This document shows positions 1 to 13,270 of a stretch of 64,000 nt of DNA, piece by piece. The notes below the pieces were generated by a model that searched no databases, had not been told where the DNA came from, and worked only from the letters and a program-made list of their open reading frames with translations. This DNA comes from Octopus vulgaris (lineage: Eukaryota), in assembly GCA_951406725.2 (NCBI GenBank), contig OX597825.1, forward strand, positions 88,040,001 through 88,104,000, in the 5' to 3' direction. A program made the position numbers and the translations under genes. Each line of letters starts with the position of its first letter. Within the stretch, counting starts at the first letter, position 1.

Positions 1-520
1 GGCCGAGTCTACTGTGGCAATTGCTCCACCACCTTCCCTCAACCGAGGAGGCAAGGCAGTCTTCATCGTACTGGTGGCCATGGAGAAAGAATGTGTGCGG
101 TGAACACGAGCCAAAGAATTAGAGACAAACACCTACCTCTCTGGCCAATCGCTCATCAGCTTTTTCAAGTACCACTTGAAAAGGGAGGTGAGAATGGAAA
201 GGCAGGTTTTGTCACGTGAAAGTTCCAAAAGAAGGTGGTTGAATGTAGCAAAGGTGGTGCGTATGAGTAACGAAACCCCTTTGAGAATGATCTTGTAAAT
301 CGAAAAAAGACAGGGAGAGAGCACTTAGCTCTCATGTGTATATTTCCTCCCTGCCTGAGGTTACCGTGGTCTTTTCTGTAGTCTTTTCTTTCCACGGATG
401 AACCTAATCTTGCTTCTTACATTTAAACAATATCTCCTGCGATACAATCCCTTTTGATCGCCTTGTTTCTTTCTTTTCCCCGCCCCTTTTGATCGGAATT
501 TTTCTTTTTTGTTTTTCCTT
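1..520 (+). mobile_element. 3' end of an L1/Tx1-type LINE (ORF2 C-terminus plus pyrimidine-rich 3' UTR), pseudogenised
   Basis: Frame from base 2 reads AESTVAIAPPPSLNRGGKAVFIVLVAMEKECVR*TRAKELETNTYLSGQSLISFFKYHLKREVRMERQVLSRESSKRRWLNVAK...MIL* (stop at ~298). This resembles the AKxxIWxxR...FxxRW C-terminus of L1/Tx1 ORF2, with one in-frame stop. Confidence 0.55.
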
Positions 521-525
521 TTGCA

Positions 526-898
526 TGCCGGAACACCGCCTTTAGTCGGGCAAATCGACCCCAGGGCTTATTCTTTGTAAGCCTAGTACTTATTCTATCG
601 TCACTTTTGCCGAACCGCTTAGTTACGGGGACGTAAACACACCACCATCGGTTGTCAAGCGATGTTGGGGTGACAAACACACACAGGCACATACATACAT
701 GCATACATACATATATACATATATACATATATATATATATACATATGTACGACGTGCTTCTTTCATTTTCCGTCTACCAAATCCACTCACAAGGTTTTGG
801 TCAGCCTGAGGCTACAGAAGAAAGCGCTTGCCCAAGGTGCCACGCAGTGGGACTGAACACAGAACCATGTGGTTTGTAAGCAAGCTACTTCCCATACA
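526..898 (-). mobile_element. tRNA-derived SINE, family A
   Basis: Homologous to copies at 4716, 16600, 57117 and 58664/62887 (caccgcctttagtc...gccgaaccgct..gttacggggacgtaaacacacc...(CA/TA)n...gtctaccaaatccactcacaagg...ccatgtggtt). A- and B-box-like head lies on the minus strand. Confidence 0.85.
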
Positions 899-1069
899 AT
901 TAAGGATTATAAAACCCGTCTAAGGGATATTTATAACCAATGAATTACTGGTATCTTACCTATATGTGATTACGAGTATTAGTATTAATACTCATAAATG
1001 ATAGATAATGAAAGGAATAAACCGACGTTTATCTATGTTTAAGGTAAAATAACAAAATGTAAATAACAT

Positions 1070-2820
1070 TTATAATTGATCAACATCAATATTTTTTTTA
1101 TTGATTACAAAGAATAAGACAATGTCTCACCTAACAGCTGTTTCTGTTTGTGCTACTTTAGGCATAATGAAGCTTAATTAATACAATATTAGTTATTATC
1201 CCATATCCCTGTTAATAATTATACCAACTTCATCAGTGCGGAAGAATAACGAGAAATAGAAAAAAGAGAAATAGAAAAAAATACGGATATATCTATTGAA
1301 AATACTTGGTATCTCCTAGAGGAATGGGGCATAAACAAACATATATTCTCTAAATATAATTGAAACTATTTTATAATTACCCTGTATCTTCCACAATAGA
1401 ATTCATAGATTTTTACCCCTAACCAGAGATGACTATAACCTTAATTAATTTCTACCCCCTACTATTTTTATAATAACATATAAGTAAGTGTGTATATATC
1501 TGTATATATGGTTGTGTGTGTATATGTAAATATACACCTATGTATGCATATAGATATACAAGTATTGATATGTGTGTGACGAGACGTGCTCGTGTGTGAG
1601 TTCGATCATGGTGTACATATATATACACACTTATACACAATATTTTTCTCGGTTTTATCTTGTTTCATATTACGACCCCTCTTTTATGTCAACTGAAAAA
1701 CTATATAACCGATTCTAAATTATTATTTACATAAAAATATATTATGTAATAAAATTACACATACACATTAAGTGTTATTATTGTAGCTACGGATACATAA
1801 ATATAGATATAGCCCGTCCAACAACGCAAACATTTTAGATAATATAACACATAAAGAATACTTGTTAAATATTCTTAACCACTTGAAAAATACATAAATA
1901 AGCTTTAAATATTATTTGAAAATCAATAATTGCCTCCCCTTAAAGATTGATGATTTCTCCTCTGTTTTCTACTATTTATCTGAGTGGATATAAGCGACCA
2001 TATTACCCCTTACAACAAATATTACTTATTTAGCTATTTCTGCTCCATTGATTAAAAGTTTTTACTTTAAAGGACCATCCTTTTGTTTTTAAAATTAACT
2101 GATCAGACTCTTCCTAATTCGGAATTGGGGTAGCACAGCATGTTTTTCATCTTCAATACGAAGTAAAAATATAAAAGTTATTGATATTTTCGGTAATCTT
2201 GTTACGTAGGTATGTCGGGCAGTAAATTATACCAATTTTTATGTAAATGTTTAGCAGAATTGTATGACAAATCTTGACTGCTCCTATTAACACGTGCGCA
2301 AAATAGAAATATGTTGCCTCTCAGTTTCATTAATTTATTTTTACAGTTTTGAATGAAATGCTCCTCATTTAATTATGTTAAGCGATTAGGAAATTATCAA
2401 TAAATAACATATCGTTAACTGTTATCATATTAAGTTCTGTAACTCCTTGTATTTTAAATTTTCACTTCTTACTTTACTACCTAACCAAAATACCTCAACA
2501 GTATTATATACTACGCCGGGAGTATCCTCCCTCCATAGATAAGTATGTACCACTAATTATTATAACTATTCAAATTGTATAATTAAATTTTTCAGTCGGT
2601 CGAAAAGTGCTTTTAGGGGAATAGCATGTAACATCAATTGGTATATCTTTATTTTCTCTTTTTCTCTTGTTTTTCTTTTTCTTTATCGCTCTGATAAAGT
2701 TCCACTGCCCAAAATAGCGCGAAGAGAAAAACGTTGTTAAATTAGATATTGTTTTTGTCTTGTAATCAATAAATAATAATGGTCGTTTATCAATGTTATC
2801 GCCATTTGCTTATTTTAACT
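1070..2820. mobile_element. Decayed Penelope-like element region with diverged inverted terminal segments
   Basis: The reverse complement of 1070-1330 aligns to 2610-2800 (ctgatgaagtt/ctgataaagtt...ttgtaatcaataaa). The minus copy has GAAACAGCTGTT. Bases ~2040-2110 translate with a frameshift to KVFTLKDHPFVFKIN*S, reminiscent of a PLE GIY-YIG C-terminus. Confidence 0.4.
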
Positions 2821-2821
2821 T

Positions 2822-2860
<39 letters not shown>

Positions 2861-3383
2861 CATATATATATGTATATATATATATATGTTTGTGTATGTA
2901 TATATATTTATATGTATACATTAGGAGTGTGTTCATGTGCGAGGTAATGTCTCTTTGTATGTATTTGTGTGCCTTTGTGTGAGCTAATTCGTGTCTTAAA
3001 ATAATACTATCGTGTTAACTATTTAATATATCTAGTAGAGAACGGCGACATCAAAGTAATTTCTAACTTTTACAAGAAGTTGTAGCTATGTTTTTCCTAT
3101 ACTTCATTCCTTTTATTATTTTATCTAATTAAGTATAATTAAACTCTTTAAATTCAATTATAGATATATGAATATATCAACAATTTTATGAATATTTATG
3201 AAGGTGCATAATTGCACGTATACCAAAATATGCCGCTGTGTATGCGCCATATTTCTTTTTATTTATTTGAAATCTGCATATAATATTTAGGTCATTGGGG
3301 AGTGTAATGTATTTGCTTTGTTTAGATGCAATGTTTTTTTTTTTGCCGCATAAATAACATGTTAATAGTATAATGTGTATAAC

Positions 3384-3590
3384 AGCGAGTTGACAAAATC
3401 GTTTGCACGCCGGGCAACATGCTTAGCAACATTTCGTACGTCTTTACGTCCTTGGTTCAAATTATGTGGAGGTCGAACTTTCTTTACATCCGTTCGGGGA
3501 CGATTAAACAGTAACACTTGAACACTGGGATCGATGTAATCGACTTATCTCCTCCTGAAAATTGCTGGGCTTGTGCCAAAATTTGAAACC
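3384..3590 (+). mobile_element. tRNA-derived SINE, family B (diverged)
   Basis: Matches the 56534 copy: gcgag.tg.ca.aa.cgtt.gcacgccggg...gttcaaatt....gaggtcga...ggggtcgat..aatcgact. Confidence 0.75.
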
Positions 3591-4511
3591 AACACAATAT
3601 GATTATTGTTTAAACTATTGCGATTTATATTATTTCTTAGTGGTAAACCAACCGAATCCATACAAGGTTAGTCATCACATCAACTATTACACATGACTAA
3701 ACTTTAAGCTGTGCAATAATACGACAATCTATTAATACATATTGGTTTGTGTATGTTCACCATTTATATTTCCGTTCTTAAGTGTCGCGTGTGCTACCAT
3801 TAATACCACATCTTCATAATTCCTGAAAGACTTTTGAAGAGTAAGTCAGTTTAATTGGGCTTCCAATAAGAGCTAAACAGATGGACATTTGACAGAAAGT
3901 AAAATCCGGTGAATAAATTATTTTAATTATCTTTAGCTTCAACTGATTACCCGTTTCCTGAAAGGTTTAGCTGCTTGTATACATAAATACTTAAAGGATA
4001 AAATCCTTAATTTTTCCATTACCATAAGCATTAATTTTTCTTACTATAACAGTAGAATTAACCGATCTACTTTAAATTTCACTTACAATTTGCACGGCCT
4101 TAGGCAAAGGCCTTAATCTCATATCAGATTGATTATTGATTTCTTTGCCAACGACACTTCCGAATTGATCTCAATTAAATTTGTGTTACTCGAAATATTA
4201 TTTACAATGGGATTGTCATAATAATCTCCACCCGACACGCACACACACAAAAACACGCGCACACAGATATGTATAATAAAAGAAAGGCTTGAAAATTTGA
4301 TACAATGTTTGCGATATTCCAAACTTACCAAATTTTCCAGTCTGCTGATAACAAGAGTCACCAAGACTTTCTACTATGTATGAATTTTTGGCTCCTTTTG
4401 AACAAAATATCCACCTCCATGCATTTACTTACTGAAGGGTATTGATGTGCTTCACCGCTTGAATTATAATCCTTTCTATACGTTATACACATACATGCAT
4501 GCATAGATACA

Positions 4512-4702
4512 TATCTAGGTTAGAAACCAGTTCTTTTTCTATTGGCAAGAAATCTTGAAATAAGCTGAATGATGACATACATATATACATTCATACCCTT
4601 TGCTGATGTTGAAAGTCCAATAAAGAAGCCATGGATCTAGGCTAGAAACCAGCTCTTTCTCTATTGGCAGGAGATCTTGAAATAAAACTGAATGATGACT
4701 TA
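4512..4702 (+). repeat. Partial tandem duplication of a short repeat tail
   Basis: atctagg(t/c)tagaaaccag.tcttt.tctattggca.ga.atcttgaaataa..ctgaatgatgac occurs at ~4512-4580 and again at ~4634-4702. Confidence 0.8.
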
Positions 4703-4715
4703 CGCTTTTTTTAAC

Positions 4716-4953
4716 CTGTTTCAGTCATTTGACTGCGGCCGTGCTGGAGCAGTGTTTAAAGTGGTTTAGTCGAAGAAATCGACCCCACGACTTACTCTTT
4801 GTAAGCCTAATACTTATTGTGTCGGTCTCTAGGTTACGGGGACATAAATATGCCAGCATAGGTTGTCAAACGTTGGTGACGAGAACAACGCTGACACACA
4901 CGCACACATAAACACACGCATACACTCACATACACGCACACACACGCAAAGAA

Positions 4954-5011
<58 letters not shown>

Positions 5012-5141
5012 GGCTTGTTTCAGTTCCCGTCTACCAAATCCACTGAGTCGTTTCGAAGCTATAGAAGAAGACACGCAGTGAGACTATACTCTGAACCATG
5101 TGGTTGGAAGCAAGATTGTTACTACACGATGAAGCCTGCGC
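4716..5141 (-). mobile_element. tRNA-derived SINE, family A
   Basis: Starts tttcagtcatttgactgcggccgtgctggagca, has an internal CA/TA microsatellite, and ends with the ccatgtggttggaagcaag head. Confidence 0.85.
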
Positions 5142-5189
5142 ATAAATATATATATATTTTTATATACACATATGTATATATATATACAC

Positions 5190-5287
<98 letters not shown>

Positions 5288-8200
5288 GCATATATATATA
5301 ATCACATGGGAGCAAAAGCATGCCTGCATTGCATTTAAGGATAATAAAAAGTCATTTACTTCGTGTTTCCCCATGTATTTTTTTTTTTTTACATTTAACC
5401 TTCTGGTATTTAATATATCAAAAGTTAATATACTTTCTTTCTATGAGCGAAATCAATCTTCCAAATACCAGTTTTACTTAAGACCAACTGTCTGACAGAG
5501 CGAGTGGTATAATTCTCGTGTATAATGTCAATATCATTACTAGTTATAAAAGGAAGAATGTACAATTTGATTTTACAACGCCATAATAACTCTAGCGTCA
5601 CAAAATCGTTGTGATATTGAATTCAGTTTGTCAGTTTTGCCCGACATAATGTAATATAATCGAATATTATATCTCATTCAATGAATGCTACTCTATATGT
5701 TCATTCCTAAATTTTGAAGCCGCCGAATCCGGGCTGAAAATAGATGCAACTCTCTTCACGGTTTCGTTATTCCACATATTTTAAAGTTGATACTGATTTC
5801 CCTAACCCACGCCAGATTACATTTCAGAAAGTATATAACTCAATTCTTAATTCAATTGTCATGTACAAAGCTGGGAAATTCACATTTTCATCGTGGCTGA
5901 GTTAATCTACTCTAGTACATATTTTAGAAACTTCTAAAGGACGAAAGGCAAGATTTGAACAGAGAAAATAAAAAAAGAAAATCAAATAAACCAGTGAAAC
6001 ATTGTTGCCATTTCACGATCGTCTTGAGGAGATTCAGTTATTCCACAAAACCGGTTCTGATTTGGATGTAAACAGAGAAACATTACACACGCTAAGTTGT
6101 AATTACTTTTAGTTAAAAATATATCGACATCGATCTTTATTATCTATATAAGAGACTCAATAAAATATACACCCCGTCCATTATTTGTGGTACTTTTTCA
6201 AAACACTGGATACATCCCTAATAAATTCCTCTTCTTGTTGCACTCTCACACGCATTTCGTATTTCATGAAGAGTGCATCTGGCTGCAACTTAAGTTTGTG
6301 TATTCAGTAGTGTTAATTGACATGCTAATATGGAACCGCGTTGGTGTTTAATGCCTCAATTAAATAGAAATTCATTAATTAAGTGTATTAGCTTAATATA
6401 TACAGAGTTGCCGAAATCTGTGATTTCGGTCCAACAAGTGTCTTGTTTTCATTAAGAAGAGTCTGATTTTAGGTTAGTTAGGTAATTCTTTCTCATTGCT
6501 TTGCTCTGCGAATTTTACTCAACTTTATGTGTCATTTTTTATCTGGTGGTGTTGAAATTTTATAAGGTCATTGAAATTTTATATTGTTCAAATGCAAACG
6601 GTCACTTTTTGCCCCCACGACATTTGTAGCATTGGAAATCCTTTCTTAATAAGAGCTGATAATATAGAAGTGAATATACGGTGTTATTAAATCTGAAGTT
6701 AATTCTTTTTAGAGACACATGAGATCTCATCTTCTAAATTCAGACGTAGTTTATAGCTCATCATGGAAACGAATATTTCATGAGAAATTATGTGAGTGTT
6801 TGGCCAATTAACGATGTCTGCAGGTTAGGTAATCTACTATTTCTTCAGTTAACACTTAAACCATCATTTTTTCTTTTAGTATGAAATACTCATAGGCGAG
6901 ACTTAAAGGACATAAATAATTTTAATAGTTTAGCATTTTTACTCAAAGAATTTTGCGTAATTTTTTTGAAAGGTAGACTGAATTAGCAAACAAATTATTA
7001 ATAGTAAAGAAACCTGAAATGTTAGACAGATTGCTGATTTAATTGCAGTTATTTTATTAACACTGATTACAGACATTTTTAATGAGGATGGGATTACAAG
7101 TGATTTCAACAGAACTGCATAATCTAAGGTTAATGATAATACAACAATATATGTTCAGTATGTAAATTTGATTTCTCATTTTGGCACAAATCCAAATCAA
7201 TGGCTGTTTATTTGATATATAATCAATATAATGAGCACTAGTAGGTGTTTTCTTCTGAATTTTCTATTCACAGACAGATGAAAGTAAAATCAATCTAAAC
7301 AAATTTAAAATAAAACAGCAAAAAAAAAATCTATGAAGAATTTCATATAAAGCACTATTGATTGTACGACATTTGTCACAGTAATAAACATTGATTTCTA
7401 ATATCATTGCACTATTACAATTTTACTGGTGTAAAAACTGCAAGTGCAATCGAATCCTGGCACATAACTGTTACTTAGTTTGTTGACCCAAAGAGGCGAA
7501 AGCCAGATTTGTATCGATAATATATTAAACGCGGGATGAATGGAGAATGTTAAGAGTGTAAACACACGAGAGGTGCAAAATAAACAATTTAATTCTACCA
7601 ATTAACGGACGATTCGGGTTGACAGGAAAGAGATTGTTATTTTATAGTCTATATTGCAATCGTGAACAAAATCGTGAACTTACAGTGCATCTGAGTATGA
7701 AAATACAATGAAGTTTACTGAACTTACGATTTCATGGAAAGGAAATATTGTATGGATTGCGCCGGTAAAAGTCACAAAAAAAATCCACTTGAAAGAACTA
7801 CGAGGTCGTTGGTCGTTCGTTAAATGGGATGGGTTTTATAACAGTTTATTGGATATGTTTATAATATTTCTTATTTATAGTGACATATTAAAATTAGTAA
7901 TATTTCAGAAATATTTTTAAAGCGTTTCAATTATGAGCCACCTGACATGCAGGGGTTTTGTAAAAACGTTATGAATGTGTATTTAGTTTATTTTGTCTTA
8001 AATTGGGATAATTAATTATGAATTATTATCAATTGTTTTTATGTTAATCATAATTTATTGCTTAGGTTTTAGGATTTTAAAGAATATATTTGTGATATTT
8101 ATTTATATATTCATGGTTTGGTAATAATTTATGACTTTAGCTGGTGTTAATCAGGTTATGCCGTCAATACATTATGATTAAATATTGCTAATTATGCGGG

Positions 8201-10699
8201 AAGGAATGGGAGAAACATTAGACAAATATTATTGCAGGTGGGTGTATTATATGAATGCTGAATTTTAACGATTACCACATGAAACTTTAATTATATATAT
8301 ACAGGTAAGATTAATTCTCTGTCTAGCAATTTTATGTTATTAAGTGAATAATTGGGAACGTTATCTTCAATGGACGATTGTATTTAATGATAAAGTTATT
8401 TAATACGACGAGTGTTTCAAGGACTTGACAAGTTTTTAACTCTCGCGACTCTTGCTAATAATAATTAGTAGTAATTTTATTGGCGCACTATATTCTTGTT
8501 TAACTATCATAATCACATATTTTATATTCAATATGAGATTTAATTAAATGTTGTTCTGTTAGGTCATTATTTAAGAACATAATGTTGTTATAGCATTGAA
8601 TTTGGTAGGAAGTGAATGTTTAACTGTATAATGCAATGTGTTTCTTCAGAAGAGGGAATTATTGATGAGAGATAACAAAACCAATTACTTATAGATACGA
8701 TAGAACCTGATTTCAACTTCCTTCTTATTCGCTGCTGTATTGGTTTCCACACGAACCTTGTACATTAATAAATTAATATATTTACTACACAATATTTCTT
8801 GATTCATTCCAACATGTAGACATCGATACTCAATCGATGAACATATTATTGGTTCATATATTAGCAGTTGCAAGAGAAACATTTACAAATTCACATATGC
8901 AAACACGTACATACTCCTGCAAGTACACAATGCGGATGTACACATTTAGATATAAAAGAAGATCTAACTGAGAACATTAGAAGATTGTCTCAAGTCACAT
9001 ACCAATAAACCTTAGACATTTATATAAACTGACAATGTTTATCTAGATGTCTATTTGAGTTATAAATATTCCTAACAAGTATACCCCAAAATACCGCCAG
9101 ATATTTTTAGGTACACAAATATGGTCATTAAATATACATTTTCTTAAACATTAAAAGATACATAAAAGATATCTTTTAATGTATATAAATACTAACATAA
9201 CGGTCAATGTTCAGATATTTCACGTTTAGTATATTGGATATGATTGTTCAAACTAAAATAAACTACGTCTGTAACCAGTATTTTCTAAATGCTACTGGTT
9301 GACACAGAAACAAAAAAAAAACCTGTAAAGTCCTTATAAACGTCGATAGAGAATAATTTCAATTGTAACCTGGACGAGCTATTTGAAAGAAGTACTTCAA
9401 GAATTGAATGAATAATATCAAACATTAAATACCGAATTTCCCTTTCTTTTGTATAATCAAATATTGTACGCTCGAGCAGGTGGGTGATAACCTACAGAAC
9501 GTAAAGAATTTATACCATTTTATTTACATGTATTCACCCACATCATACACACACACACACACACATATATATATACACACTCACACACACATATATGTAT
9601 TTATTTATATAGAGATGTATATATCCGCATAAAACAACGTGTCTCTATAAACCGTATGTCACTGTGAGAATCAACGTAAAATCGACTTTTCTGTACTAAT
9701 TGCTATGAAATAATCTCCTCCCATACGCATCAGTGCCACCTCATGAATTAAGCATAAACATGTTTAATCAGCAATAAACAATTAGCAACAATACAAACAT
9801 GACTGAATCTTAACAGTTCAAATTTCAAAACAAAATAACAGTTGTATCAGGTTTCTGAAGCTGAACAAGTTTATCAGAAACACGTAGTGTGAAGGCGGTC
9901 AAAATAAAACGTATGGCAAATATTAATACAAGGAAATAACACCAAATTGTACAAAAATTATACTTCTCCTATAGAAGAGCTGTCTGCTCTCAGCTACATG
10001 ATGGAACCCCATAAGATCTAGATCAATCTGACCCTACAAATGGCAAATATCCCCGCCATGGTCTCGCTTACCCACCTGAACAAGTGCACACAAATTAAGC
10101 TTGTTCGTTAAAACTATGTTTGTCATTTTCTGTCTCCATTCGAGGAATTTATTTGAGGCAGAAAATTCGTCGTCCTTCGTGTAACTTTCCAAACGGAAAC
10201 CGGTCACCTTGCGCAAACAGGAAAGGAATGTAAAATGATAATGATTTCCCTAATGCCAATTACTCAGTCTTGACCTCATCAAAGAAACATGGTGGGGCAA
10301 TATAGGGATCAGAAAAGGCGAGCACGTCTTTCTCGCTATCTAGGCACATTTGTAGATATCACCGCATTAATGTTTGTCTGCGCATCAACACACAACAGCC
10401 TGAACCCAAAATGCAGAGGGCACTTTTGCAGATAGACAGCCTGATTGTGTGAAAGCGTCCCGTCCACAACAAGTAAAAGTGCGCTAATATTATAGACGGG
10501 TGAACTCACTGTTTACATTGGTTAATAGTGTACAGATATATTTAGTGAGTCACTTTGACCTAGGTGTCGGAAAGACACTCCTCAAGAAATGGACACAAAA
10601 TTGAAAGAAGATGTAAAATATAACTACAACATCAATAGTAATGATAAAACTGCAACTAATAGCAACAACAACAATAACAGTAGCAGCAACAATAGTAAC

Positions 10700-10751
<52 letters not shown>

Positions 10752-10930
10752 TGGATCTGAACAGATGGATGGAGGTGATAGACATAAAACCCAGTTTAGT
10801 AGAGCTGCAGAAAACAGTGTCATTAGGGAGAGCTAGGATACTTAGGAGGGTTCTTGGCATTTAAGCTTACTTGTTGTAGCCTGATGTTAAGATTCTTTTC
10901 TTTTCCAACAGTCTAATCTGTTGAGTGCAT
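10752..10930 (+). mobile_element. R4/Dong-clade non-LTR retrotransposon 3' fragment in an (AAT)n array
   Basis: DLNRWMEVIDIKPSLVELQKTVSLGRARILRRVLGI* matches the LQKxxxLGTARILRxVL C-terminus typical of R4/Dong elements. It directly follows (AAT)n at 10700-10750. Confidence 0.7.
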
Positions 10931-10961
10931 ATAATTAATATATAATTAATAATAACAATGA

Positions 10962-11200
10962 TAAGCCAGACATAGTGTTGAGAAAGAAAGCAAACGATGC
11001 TGGATCACAGAAATCTTAAGAAGTACATGGGAAAAGGGGGGGGGCTGCAATAAGGGTGGAGCACCAGCAGAAAACAGCACAGCTTGGAACCACTCGAATA
11101 CTCCGGACGGTGCTCGAAAAATAAGGGGTGCTACCTTAGTTCACTGGTAGCGAACAGCTAACTCCGTAGTACATCTACAGCGTTGAAGCTGTGCGAAGGT
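10962..11200 (+). mobile_element. Second R4/Dong-clade 3' fragment (different family, internally deleted)
   Basis: KPDIVL (restriction-like endonuclease motif) followed by AAIRVEHQQKTAQLGTTRILRTVLEK*. Ends in (TAA/TGA)n at 11200-11240. Confidence 0.65.
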
Positions 11201-11249
11201 AATAATAATGATAATAATGATAATAATAATGATAATAATAATTTTTCGA

Positions 11250-11512
11250 CCACTATCCGGAGTATTCAATGATGTACAGTACGATTATAAAATGTTTGAG
11301 ATTCGTTGTGCATGTGTGCTATATATCTCTTTTCACTTAGTTAGTATTCAATGCCTGATCCTGGGCAGCGATGATGAGTCTTTCAGTATTCTTCTTTTGT
11401 GGTTACTATTGCTGACCCACCTTCTTGATACTTCCTGGTCTTTCACATGTTTAGTTTCCTGGTGGAACTGACCATTTAATTTCATGCAGAATAGAGTCTT
11501 TCCTCTCCATCA
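11250..11512 (-). mobile_element. Third R4/Dong-clade internal fragment
   Basis: Minus strand reads MKLNGQFHQETKHVKDQEVSRRWVSNSN...TERLIIAAQDQALNT, the characteristic LHGQF...ETEGLIxAAQDQALNT block. Flanked by (TAA)-type repeats. Confidence 0.7.
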
Positions 11513-11584
11513 TTATTATTAAGATTTATATTTGTTATGGCGAAATACTTGAGATTGTTTCAGCTACCCTAACAGATATACGTA

Positions 11585-11633
<49 letters not shown>

Positions 11634-12559
11634 CTATCTATCTATCCATCTATCTATCTATCTATCTATCTATCCATCTGTATACATACAATATATTTAT
11701 AAATCGTGTTTTCATTCAGTTTGTTCTCTATGCAAAGTAACCTTATTCACGGGTGGATTTATTCATGAGTATAAGTATCTACGTATTCACTGATTACAAA
11801 CAGAGCGGACAGACAGACACACCAAAGATACGCACACACACACACACACACACACATACTCACATACACACATACAATAAACGCTCAACACACAATACAA
11901 ACAAATCACTCACACAATCACCCACATACATATATACATTTAAAAATACCTGTATACAAACATATATGTTTATATATTATTCCGTATGCATACACTTCAG
12001 CGTATACTTGTGTGTGTGTGTGTGTGTGTGTGTGCGATACAAACTAAAATATTATAGATTAGACTGTTTCCTACGCATACCTAATAATGCATACCAATCA
12101 TCCGTAAATATATATGTGCGTGTGTGCTTGTACATCCATACATATACACATACATACATATATATATATATAAATTTGCTTCCACGCACATATATGTATG
12201 TATATATGGATATTATATTTTATATTATGTAAGGATATTGATATATACTATATGTAAATATTTGATATTTTACGAAATATATCAAATTTATTGCCCCATT
12301 TCCCTGAGCACGCGAAAGATTCCTACGTAAAACCAATGAATTAATAAATAAGATTTTCTCGTATAACAAAAAAAAGTCCGATAACAAAATATTACAAAAA
12401 CATTATAAAACAGGAGATATCTTTTATAGAAATATACATCTATTCACGGTTTTCATTTTTTTCGTCACGACATCATATGCATATTCTTAGGAATAAAAGC
12501 GTAAGATTTATATATATATGTAATATTATGGTTGTATATCAATTGACAGATGGAAATTC

Positions 12560-13270
12560 ATATAAGATGAGCTAATTTTGGGGGTTTGAAGTTATGTTCG
12601 TATAATCTAGATGTAGCGTAACCCACAACTATATGGCAGTCAATCCATCCATCCTTATAATACGTAGGTTTTTATGCTTCTTCTATAAGTCGAATACATT
12701 TGGCCAAACTTTAGTTCATTTTTTCACAATTGGCTACCAAGCGTTTTTAGATTGTTCTTTATTTCTGACACTAATTTTCTATTAAAGAAATGCAAACTGA
12801 TCGGCTTTAACCAGTTGTTTTCCAGTTCTTCAAATTGCGATAATATGAAATGACAGTAACATAACAGAGATGCTATACGTGTAGGTGATTGTAGTAATGG
12901 TCGATGCAAGATAGTTTACCATTGAATAGCATTCCTTTCATCATGAAAGCTGTCTCCAGAAAGTTCTAGCTATTGTTTGCTTTCTCCTCTTTTCTCCTCT
13001 TTCGGAAATACACTGGGGGAGAAAACATTTTTTTTTCTAATTATTGCTTTCGTTTTCGGATGTTTGTTTTGCATGGTTTTACAGTAATTTATCTGATTGC
13101 TTGATTCTATGTAAGAGGTAAAGATCAGATCTCAGCTGCTTCCAGTTGTGCAATGCTATTATCATTGTTTAAATACTGTTATGATATTCTGATCTTTTTA
13201 TCATAATGGCCATTTTTTGCGATGGCTTTTGTCAGAATATACAGGCAACGATTGAAATTGCCTTGAATTA
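12560..13270 (-). pseudogene. Possible heavily decayed Penelope-like RT N-terminal region
   Basis: Minus-strand fragments MAIMIKRSEYHNSI...KQLRSD and VVGYATSRLY echo PLE VIMDRxEYxxK...YxxLxxDP and LVSFDVxSLY. Many stops and frameshifts. Confidence 0.3.

Noticed and set aside
10589-10864. Poly-Asn protein
   Set aside because: An (AAT)n microsatellite fused in frame to a Dong 3' fragment.
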